From the NCBI GenBank assembly GCA_964445865.1, contig CAYULZ010000002.1, positions 1 to 36,966 of the forward strand: a stretch of 36,966 bases of DNA, in the 5' to 3' direction. Numbering within the stretch: position 1 is the first letter of the stretch; each line of letters starts with the position of its first letter. The notes under the pieces are model-generated. The model ran no database searches. It had not been told where the DNA came from and saw only the letters and a list, made by a program, of their open reading frames with translations. Positions 1-6,116 of the stretch are shown piece by piece. The position numbers and the translations under genes are program-made. Source of the stretch: an uncultured Lachnospiraceae bacterium (GTDB taxonomy: Bacteria; Bacillota; Clostridia; Oscillospirales; CAG-272).

Positions 1-257
1 GGCATCCATCATTTTGGTGGGTGCCATTCTTGTTATCCCGCCTCGTACCGAGGCTGGCAAAACCACTGGAATTTTGCCATGTCGGGCTAAAAACATGCCG
101 CCTGGCATGTTTTCTTAACGCCCTCACAGTTCTCGACGAGATCATTACAGCCTTGCGGCGTTTATTTCAAAAACAATTCTCACTTTTGTGGGTGCTGTCT
201 GTTTACCGTAGGGGAGACCTGTGGTCTCCCGCGGGCGAACACCGTTCGCACCTACGG
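1..257 (+). other. Structured non-coding region with two related hairpin modules (possible ncRNA or 3' UTR of a gene upstream of the window)
   Basis: No credible ORF on either strand. Module A (1-54) is a hairpin GGCATCCATCA/TGGTGGGTGCC, whose two G-U pairs work only on the + strand, followed by GCCTCG-TAC-CGAGGC (40-54). Module B (179-257) has CTCAC-TTTT-GTGGG, then a CCGTAGG/CCTACGG closing stem (206-212/251-257) enclosing GGAGACC-TGT-GGTCTCC (213-229) and GCGAAC-ACC-GTTCGC (235-249). Both modules share TTTTG(G)TGGGTGC..TCT..GTT..CC. Confidence 0.3.
90..116. terminator. Candidate bidirectional intrinsic terminator
   Basis: AAAACATGCC-GCCT-GGCATGTTTT hairpin, with an A-tract on the 5' side and TTTTCTT on the 3' side. 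Confidence 0.4.
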
Positions 258-296
258 TGCAGGGCGGTTCCATCTTTAAAGAATCGGGGCGCTGTA

Positions 297-325
297 TTTA
301 CTTTTTTTAATTTTTGTGGTATAAT
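297..325 (+). promoter_or_regulatory. Candidate sigma-A promoter with no obvious cargo
   Basis: TTTACT (297-302), 17-nt spacer, TATAAT (320-325), preceded by TG (extended -10, TGgTATAAT). The next start codon is about 130 nt downstream and has its own promoter. Confidence 0.35.
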
Positions 326-366
326 AAACCTACCGATAACCTGAAATTTTCACACAAAACAATTCT

Positions 367-401
367 ACCGACGGTTGATATCCCCACATTCAACCGTCGG
401 T
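367..401. promoter_or_regulatory. Perfect 12-bp inverted repeat (operator or RNA hairpin) abutting the XRE gene promoter
   Basis: ACCGACGGTTGA (367-378), 11-nt spacer, TCAACCGTCGGT (390-401). It is followed by GTGTTGATTTCGTTTG and ends 4 nt before the -35 at 405. Confidence 0.5.
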
Positions 402-404
402 GTG

Positions 405-433
405 TTGATTTCGTTTGTGATACAGGCTATACT
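405..433 (+). promoter_or_regulatory. Sigma-A promoter of the XRE-family gene
   Basis: TTGATT (405-410), 17-nt spacer, TATACT (428-433). AAAGGAGG sits 5 nt before ATG 454. Confidence 0.55.
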
Positions 434-453
434 GATAGCGAAAGGAGGCACTT

Positions 454-1065
454 ATGGATCAGATCAAAATTGGAAAATTCATTGCTGAGTGCAGAAAAAA
501 ACAAGGATTGACGCAAATGCAGTTGGCCGAAAAGCTGAACATCACCGACCGCGCCGTATCGAAATGGGAAACGGGCCGAGCAATGCCCGATTCCTCACTC
601 ATGCTTGCGCTGTGTGAGATGCTAAAAATCAGCGTCAACGATTTACTTTGTGGGGAGGTAGTTACGATGGAAGGCTACAACAAGAAATTAGAAGAAAATC
701 TCGTGGAAATGGCTCGCCAAAAGCAGACGGCCGACCGACATCTGTTGTTATTGGAGATCGTGGTTGGCGTGATGTGCATTGCCGTCATGCTTGCCCTCGT
801 TGCCGTGGCATCCTTTGTCCCGATGGCCGAATGGCTGCGGATGGTTCTGATCCTGATCGGTTTTGCGCCGGTTCTGATCGCGACACCGTTTATGCTGAAG
901 ATCGAGCAGACGGCGGGATACTACGTGTGCGACAAGTGTGGACATCGCTACGTGCCGAAGTACAGCAGCGTTCTCTGGGCGATGCATATGGGCAGAACCA
1001 GACATATGCGCTGTCCGAAATGCGGACAGAAATCCTGGCAGAAAAAGGTTTTAAATAAGGAATAA
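454..1065 (+). CDS. Membrane-anchored XRE-family HTH transcriptional regulator with C-terminal zinc ribbon
   Basis: N-terminal HTH_3-type motif (QMQLAEKLNITDRAVSKWETG). Two hydrophobic helices (IVVGVMCIAVMLALVAVASFV; MVLILIGFAPVLIATPFML). C-terminal CDKCG...CPKCG four-Cys ribbon. Strong SD. Confidence 0.85.
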   Translation: MDQIKIGKFIAECRKKQGLTQMQLAEKLNITDRAVSKWETGRAMPDSSLMLALCEMLKISVNDLLCGEVVTMEGYNKKLEENLVEMARQKQTADRHLLLLEIVVGVMCIAVMLALVAVASFVPMAEWLRMVLILIGFAPVLIATPFMLKIEQTAGYYVCDKCGHRYVPKYSSVLWAMHMGRTRHMRCPKCGQKSWQKKVLNKE

Positions 1066-1073
1066 ACTCCGAA

Positions 1074-1118
1074 GGGCGACTTGGTTTACAAAAATCAAGC
1101 CGCCCTATTTACTTTTTT
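1074..1118 (+). terminator. Candidate intrinsic terminator after the XRE gene
   Basis: GGGCGACTTG (1074-1083) pairs with CAAGCCGCCC (1096-1105) with one mismatch, followed by TATTTACTTTTTT. Confidence 0.45.
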
Positions 1119-1136
1119 GTTTCGCTATGATATAAT
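1108..1136 (+). promoter_or_regulatory. Sigma-A promoter of the creatininase-family gene
   Basis: TTTACT (1108-1113), 17-nt spacer, TGaTATAAT extended -10 (TATAAT 1131-1136). Confidence 0.5.
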
Positions 1137-1163
1137 ATTGAAACCATATTTTTAGGAGTGCCT

Positions 1164-2021
1164 ATGCTTTGGGAAGATTTGAGAGAAGAAGAATTTGAGG
1201 GCGCGCTCGCGGCGTCGGGCGGCGTGTGCGTCCTACCCATCGGCTGTCTCGAGATGCACGGACAGCATCTGCCCGTGGGAACCGACACCAAGACCTGCTA
1301 TCATATCGCAAAGGAGGCCGCCGCCATCGAGCCGGTCGTTGTCTTTTCGGGACTTTATTTTGGAAGCGTGCCGGGACTGACGATGTGGAAGGGAACAATC
1401 GACCTCTCGCTCGAGCTTCGCCTGCGCATGCTCGACGAGCTTTGCGCCGAGATCGCGCGCAACGGCTTCAAAAAAATTCTTTTGCTCAACGGGCACGGCG
1501 GCAACGAAGCGACGCTCGCGGCCTTTGTGCGAAGCACGCTCCACACGAAAAAGGATTATATCGTCGTGGCGCGTAATGATTATCAATACGGCGTTCAGCG
1601 ACTCGCTCGCGAGCTTCGTGCGGGGCAAAAATTCCCCGAGCTGACCGAGGCAGATATCGCAAACGTTCTGCAATTTTCGGATAACCGCTATTTGACGGGT
1701 CACGCCTGCATGAATGAGACGTCGATCATGCTTGCGCTCGATCCGGAGCACGTCGCCCTCTCGCGTGCCGAGACGGTGGACGGTCGTGACCGTCATCTGA
1801 CCGACCACCTGACGAAGAAGCCCTACGCCATCGACGGCGGCGTGGGCTTTTGGTTGCTTGACCACCCGAACAGCTTCGAGGGAGAGCATATTGATCTGGC
1901 GAGTGCCAATATCGGCCACGTGATCCTGCGCAAGCGCATCGAATATCAGGCCGAGGCCTGTCGACGGCTCAAAGAGGATGACAAGTTACTGGCACAGTAC
2001 GCCGAGCATTGGGGCGTTTGA
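1164..2021 (+). CDS. Creatininase-family amidohydrolase
   Basis: The ORF-track frame is 1158-2021; I prefer ATG 1164, 5 nt after AGGAG. The N-terminus LPIGCLEMHGQHLPVGTDT and the later LLNGHGGN match the metal-binding signature of the creatinine amidohydrolase family. Confidence 0.85.
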   Translation: MLWEDLREEEFEGALAASGGVCVLPIGCLEMHGQHLPVGTDTKTCYHIAKEAAAIEPVVVFSGLYFGSVPGLTMWKGTIDLSLELRLRMLDELCAEIARNGFKKILLLNGHGGNEATLAAFVRSTLHTKKDYIVVARNDYQYGVQRLARELRAGQKFPELTEADIANVLQFSDNRYLTGHACMNETSIMLALDPEHVALSRAETVDGRDRHLTDHLTKKPYAIDGGVGFWLLDHPNSFEGEHIDLASANIGHVILRKRIEYQAEACRRLKEDDKLLAQYAEHWGV

Positions 2022-2036
2022 ACAAGGAGTATCTGT

Positions 2037-2189
2037 ATGAAGAAAAGAGAACTTGGCCTGTCGATCAGTCAGCCGGTGGAAAACGTATTTTCCTGCGGAC
2101 CGTTCGACTGCATTGAATACAGCGTCGGCGCGTCAGGCAGCGATGGAGGCCGAGGCAACCCAAACGCCGCAGAACGACACTCCCGCTGA
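2037..2189 (+). CDS. Small hypothetical ORF (50 aa), possibly disrupted or frameshifted
   Basis: ATG 2037 lies 7 nt after AAGGAG. It translates as MKKRELGLSISQPVENVFSCGPFDCIEYSVGASGSDGGRGNPNAAERHSR. It is too short for the ORF track. A second frame (2053-2238) carries an acidic tail that ends exactly at the terminator. Confidence 0.25.
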   Translation: MKKRELGLSISQPVENVFSCGPFDCIEYSVGASGSDGGRGNPNAAERHSR

Positions 2190-2236
2190 GGAAGCTCCGA
2201 GCGAAGCAACGGTAGAAGAGGAAACTACTGTATCAT

Positions 2237-2276
2237 AACGAGAAAAGGGACGGCTATGGCCGTCCCTTTTCTCGTT
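2237..2276. terminator. Intrinsic terminator (18-bp perfect hairpin)
   Basis: AACGAGAAAAGGGACGGC - TATG - GCCGTCCCTTTTCTCGTT. A- and T-tracts lie inside the stem arms, giving a bidirectional design. Confidence 0.7.
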
Positions 2277-2295
2277 ATCCCGTAAAAAATGGATA

Positions 2296-2324
2296 TTTAC
2301 AAAATCGTGTGGGTGTGATATAAT
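2296..2324 (+). promoter_or_regulatory. Sigma-A promoter
   Basis: TTTACA (2296-2301), 17-nt spacer, TGaTATAAT (TATAAT 2319-2324). Confidence 0.6.
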
Positions 2325-2381
2325 GTATCACAGAAGCAACATCGCTTTTTGAAACGACAATAATAAGGAAGAGAATCGTTT

Positions 2382-2948
2382 ATGTGGCTCATTGTGGCAA
2401 TCCTGTTTATTATATTTTTCGCCATATATCCGTACGCGGTGCGGGTGCTCGCGCGGCGGCGCATGCTTGCGCACCTTTGTAAGGCGCTTCGCCGCGCGGG
2501 AGGGAAGATTCGTTTTTTGCGCCGGTTTCCCGCTTTTTCGGGAAACCGCGCCAAAACATTTGAGCTTTTGGTCCGCTTTGAGGGCGTGCAATACGCCGTC
2601 AAGCTCTGGTCACCGAAGCATCAGGACACCGAGCTTCGTATTACCGCCGACGGTAAGGCCTATGAAATGCGCACGGTCGGCCAACCGCTGACACCGCGCG
2701 GCCATCGTCGCGTGCGAACGCTTCGCGGCCGTCCGCGTGCCGTGCCGCCGACCAAGACGTGCTTCCGCACGCCGTCATCGTTGCGTCGGGTTAACGTTTT
2801 GCTCATTGCGCCGCCCTATCGGCGGATCCTTCGCCGCGAGAAAGGAGAGTGGCGCATGCTGGAAAGCGGTGACGCAATCTTTAACAAGCTCTTGTATACA
2901 CCGTCCGATTTTCTTGCGACGGTCAGACGGAATGCAGCGCAATCCTAA
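2382..2948 (+). CDS. Hypothetical N-terminally membrane-anchored, arginine-rich protein
   Basis: One N-terminal hydrophobic helix (WLIVAILFIIFFAIYPYAV), followed by a very basic soluble part (about 30 Arg by my count). AAGGAAG lies upstream of the ATG. I recognise no family. Confidence 0.5.
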   Translation: MWLIVAILFIIFFAIYPYAVRVLARRRMLAHLCKALRRAGGKIRFLRRFPAFSGNRAKTFELLVRFEGVQYAVKLWSPKHQDTELRITADGKAYEMRTVGQPLTPRGHRRVRTLRGRPRAVPPTKTCFRTPSSLRRVNVLLIAPPYRRILRREKGEWRMLESGDAIFNKLLYTPSDFLATVRRNAAQS

Positions 2949-2997
2949 ATACTTCTAAGGAAGAAAATGGTAAACGTGAGCGATATCTGTGACAGAC

Positions 2998-3075
2998 TTT
3001 TGAAATCATGTACATTTTTTGACTTTTTTTTGATAAAATTTGAATTATTTTTGAAAAATCATTGCTATTTTGAAA
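2998..3075. repeat. Six helically phased T-tract/TTGA repeats upstream of the glycan-operon promoter
   Basis: TTGA cores begin at 3000, 3019, 3030, 3040, 3051 and 3070 (spacings 19, 11, 10, 11, 19), and most are preceded by a T-run. The region includes the palindrome ATTTTTGAAAAAT (3047-3059). Confidence 0.5.
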
Positions 3076-3090
3076 ACAATATGATATAAT
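3062..3090 (+). promoter_or_regulatory. Sigma-A promoter of the rfbF operon
   Basis: TTGCTA (3062-3067), 17-nt spacer, TGaTATAAT (TATAAT 3085-3090). It leaves a leader of about 100 nt before ATG 3195. Confidence 0.6.
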
Positions 3091-3194
3091 AGCCTCGGTA
3101 TATGTTTTTCCGGTCGGATGAATTCCGCAAACAAAAAACGGCAATAGCCGAAAGAAAGCAGAATAAGCACAGGACAGAAAGGATATCAATAAAA

Positions 3195-3989
3195 ATGAAG
3201 GTTGTTATTTTAGCAGGTGGCTTCGGAACGAGAATCTCGGAGGAGTCGCACCTCAAGCCGAAGCCTATGATCGAGATCGGCGGTATGCCCATTCTGTGGC
3301 ACATCATGAAGAACTACTCGGCGTACGGCTTCAATGAATTTATCATTTGCTGCGGCTATAAGCAGCACGTTATCAAGGATTTCTTTAACGATTATTTTCT
3401 CCATTCCTCGGACGTTACCTTTGATTTTACCAACAACACCAACCGCATGCGCGTTCACAAGAACATGACCGAGCAGTGGAAGGTTACGGTGGTCGATACG
3501 GGTCTTCACACTATGACGGGTGGCCGTATCAAGCGCATCAAGAAGTATCTGAATCCCGACGAGCCCTTTATGCTGACCTACGGCGACGGCTTGTCCGACG
3601 TGGATATGAACGCTCTTGTGAACTTCCATGAGGAGCACGGAAAGCTGGCTACGCTGACGGTGGTCAATGCAGGACAGCGCTTCGGTGTTATCAAAATGGC
3701 GAAGGGCGAGGATGCAGGAAGAATCACCTCCTTCCGTGAAAAGCGCGATAGCGACGGCAACCCGATCAACGGTGGCTTTATGGTTCTCGATCCTAAGGTC
3801 TTGGACTATATCGACGGCGATGATACGGTATTTGAGAAGAATCCGCTTGAGCAGCTGGCCAAGGACGGCGAGCTGATGGGCTTCCATCACGACGGCTTCT
3901 GGCAGTGCATGGATATGCAGAAGGACCGCGACAATCTGGAAAAGATCTGGCTCAGCGGTGAAGCACCTTGGAAGAATTGGGAAGATTAA
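3195..3989 (+). CDS. rfbF: Glucose-1-phosphate cytidylyltransferase
   Basis: MKVVILAGGFGTRISEESHLKPKPMIEIGG is a nucleotidyltransferase G-loop, and the length and sequence are typical of RfbF/DdhA. Internal Met32 of ORF 3102-3989 is chosen because it follows AGAAAGGA and because the family starts at this motif. Confidence 0.9.
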   Translation: MKVVILAGGFGTRISEESHLKPKPMIEIGGMPILWHIMKNYSAYGFNEFIICCGYKQHVIKDFFNDYFLHSSDVTFDFTNNTNRMRVHKNMTEQWKVTVVDTGLHTMTGGRIKRIKKYLNPDEPFMLTYGDGLSDVDMNALVNFHEEHGKLATLTVVNAGQRFGVIKMAKGEDAGRITSFREKRDSDGNPINGGFMVLDPKVLDYIDGDDTVFEKNPLEQLAKDGELMGFHHDGFWQCMDMQKDRDNLEKIWLSGEAPWKNWED

Positions 3990-3992
3990 ACG

Positions 3993-5060
3993 ATGTTGGA
4001 TATGAATTTTTACCGCGGAAAGCGGGTACTTGTAACGGGACATACGGGCTTTAAGGGCTCGTGGATGTGCCGCGCGCTCGTGAATGCGGGTGCAATCGTG
4101 ACGGGCTTTTCTCTCACGCCGCCCACCAAGCCGTCCTTGTTCGACATGGCGTCGATCGCGAACGGCATGGATTCGGTGATCGGAGATGTGCGCGATCTTG
4201 CCGCCATGAAGGCTTGCTTTGAGCGTGCCAAGCCCGAAATCGTTTTCCATCTGGCGGCCCAGCCGATCGTACGCGACAGCTATAAGGATCCGCATTATAC
4301 CTATGAGACCAACGTGATGGGCACGGTGAATATCCTTGAGTGCGTACGCACGTCGGATACCGTTCGCTCCTTCCTTAACGTCACGACCGATAAGGTCTAC
4401 CGTAACAACGAGTGGGAATGGGGCTACCGTGAGAACGAGCCGCTTGACGGCTTTGACCCCTATTCGAACAGCAAATCCTGCTCGGAGCTTGTAACGCATA
4501 GCTACAAGGATTCCTTCTTTGCCGACGGACACGTCGCCATTTCGACGGCGCGTGCAGGTAACGTGATCGGCGGTGGCGATTTCGCCAACGACCGCATCAT
4601 TCCCGACTGTATCCGCGCGGCTCTCGCCCATAACGATATCATCGTGCGCAACCCCCATTCTACGCGTCCGTATCAGTACGTGCTCGAGCCTGTGATGGCG
4701 TATCTCATGATCGCTGCCGCACAGTACGAGGACGGCAAGTACGCAGGCTACTACAATGTCGGACCCGACGAGTGTGATTGCTTCCGTACGGGCGCGCTCG
4801 TCGACCTGTTCTGCCGCACGTGGGGCGAGGATATGAAGTGGATCAACCGCTACGACGGAGGCCCCCACGAGGCCAATTTCCTGAAGCTTGATTGCTCTAA
4901 GCTCAAGACCGTCTTTGATTGGAAGCCCGTTTGGAATCTGGGTGAGGCCGTGGCAAGAACCGTCGAGTGGTCGAAGGTGATGCGCGACGGCGGCGATGTG
5001 ACGGCTTGTATGGACCGTCAGATCGAGGCCTTTATTGCAGAGAGCACGTGGATTCAATAA
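3993..5060 (+). CDS. rfbG: CDP-glucose 4,6-dehydratase
   Basis: Extended SDR with VLVTGHTGFKGSW (Rossmann GxxGxxG) and a PYSNSK YxxxK catalytic motif. Length about 355 aa. Starts 3 nt after rfbF. Confidence 0.9.
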   Translation: MLDMNFYRGKRVLVTGHTGFKGSWMCRALVNAGAIVTGFSLTPPTKPSLFDMASIANGMDSVIGDVRDLAAMKACFERAKPEIVFHLAAQPIVRDSYKDPHYTYETNVMGTVNILECVRTSDTVRSFLNVTTDKVYRNNEWEWGYRENEPLDGFDPYSNSKSCSELVTHSYKDSFFADGHVAISTARAGNVIGGGDFANDRIIPDCIRAALAHNDIIVRNPHSTRPYQYVLEPVMAYLMIAAAQYEDGKYAGYYNVGPDECDCFRTGALVDLFCRTWGEDMKWINRYDGGPHEANFLKLDCSKLKTVFDWKPVWNLGEAVARTVEWSKVMRDGGDVTACMDRQIEAFIAESTWIQ

Positions 5061-5146
5061 GGAGCATTTTTCAGAATCAGCGTCAGTTTTCTGCCGCTGA
5101 TTCTGTGTTTACAAGAAAAAATAACGCCGAAAGGCAGGGAGTAAGT

Positions 5147-6082
5147 ATGAAAAAAATCAGTATTATGATCCCGTGTTATAACGAGGAGGAAAACGTCGTC
5201 CCGATGAGTGAGGCGGTCGTAGCGCAAATGGAGCAGCTTCCGCAGTACGACTACGAGCTTCTCTTTATCGACAACTGCTCGCAGGATAACACGCGTCCGC
5301 TTTTGCGCGAGATCTGCGCAAAGAACCCGAAGATCCGCGCGATCTTCAATTCGAAGAATTTCGGTCAGTTCAATTCCCCCTATCACGGCTATTGCCAGAC
5401 TACGGGCGACTGCACCATCGGCATGTGCTGTGACTTTCAGGATCCCGTGGAGATGATCCCGAAGCTCATTGAGCAGTGGGAGGCAGGCTATAAGGTCGTA
5501 TGCTGTGTCAAGACCTCAAGTAAGGAAAATAAGCTGATGTACGCGCTTCGCAGTGTGTATTACCGCATGATCAAGAAGATGTCGAGTGTCGAGCAGATCG
5601 AGCATTTTACGGGCTTTGGACTGTACGACAAGAGCTTCATTCAGGTCATGCGAGATCTGGACGATCCCACGCCCTTCTTGCGCGGTGTCATCGCCGAGCT
5701 CGGCCCGAACATCAAGCTTGTGGAGTACGAGCAGGCGAAACGCAGAGCGGGGAAGACGCACAACAACTTCTTCTCGCTGTACGATGCGGCGATGCTCTCG
5801 TTTACCTCGTATACGAAGATCGGCCTGCGTCTTTCGTCCTTCCTCGGCATGCTGATGAGCGGCGGCAGCTTCTTTGCAGCCATTGTTTGCTGCATTCTTA
5901 AGCTGATCGATCCCAAGTATTTCTTTACGACGGGCACGGTACCGATCATTCTGACGATTCTGTTCGTCGGCGGTCTGCAGCTGTTCTTCATCGGCTTTGC
6001 AGGCGAATACATTATGTCCATCAACGCGCGTTCCATGAGAAGACCGCTCGTGGTGGAGGAGGAACGCATCAATTTTGATTGA
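5147..6082 (+). CDS. GT2-family polyprenol-phosphate glycosyltransferase (GtrB/CsbB/ArnC-like)
   Basis: IMIPCYNEEENV, FIDNCSQD and CDFQDP (DxD-type) motifs in a GT-A domain, plus two C-terminal TM helices (FFAAIVCCILKL; VPIILTILFVGGLQLFFIGFAG). This is the architecture of bactoprenol-phosphate sugar transferases. ATG 5147 (Met61 of the track ORF) is used. Confidence 0.85.
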   Translation: MKKISIMIPCYNEEENVVPMSEAVVAQMEQLPQYDYELLFIDNCSQDNTRPLLREICAKNPKIRAIFNSKNFGQFNSPYHGYCQTTGDCTIGMCCDFQDPVEMIPKLIEQWEAGYKVVCCVKTSSKENKLMYALRSVYYRMIKKMSSVEQIEHFTGFGLYDKSFIQVMRDLDDPTPFLRGVIAELGPNIKLVEYEQAKRRAGKTHNNFFSLYDAAMLSFTSYTKIGLRLSSFLGMLMSGGSFFAAIVCCILKLIDPKYFFTTGTVPIILTILFVGGLQLFFIGFAGEYIMSINARSMRRPLVVEEERINFD

Positions 6083-6116
6083 TCAACATACACCGCATGA
6101 AATGAAAGGAGAGCGC

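Noticed and set aside
188-215. CTGTTTACC resembles part of the 4.5S/SRP RNA 5' region; 205-258 was compared with group II intron domain V.
   Set aside because: The conserved SRP domain IV (GGAAGCAGCC-type) is absent. Domain V is a single 34-nt bulged hairpin with a GNRA loop, not two nested hairpins.
21-344. 107-aa plus-strand ORF in the 5' non-coding region, and 314-511 (65 aa).
   Set aside because: There is no SD. The ORF spans hairpins, a terminator-like structure and a promoter. Its composition is unlike the local coding sequence, and 314-511 runs across the XRE promoter and start.
3102-3194. N-terminal 31-codon extension of rfbF offered by the ORF track. Similar extensions occur at 4967, 6075, 9665, 14748, 16994, 26785-28230, 22776-23330, 23337 and 31867.
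   Set aside because: The family-typical N-termini and SD sequences sit at the internal Met codons. The extensions overlap upstream genes, promoters or leaders.
3210-5057. 615-aa minus-strand ORF across rfbF/rfbG.
   Set aside because: It is antisense to two well-supported genes. It has no SD or start context and a biased composition, so it is a shadow ORF.
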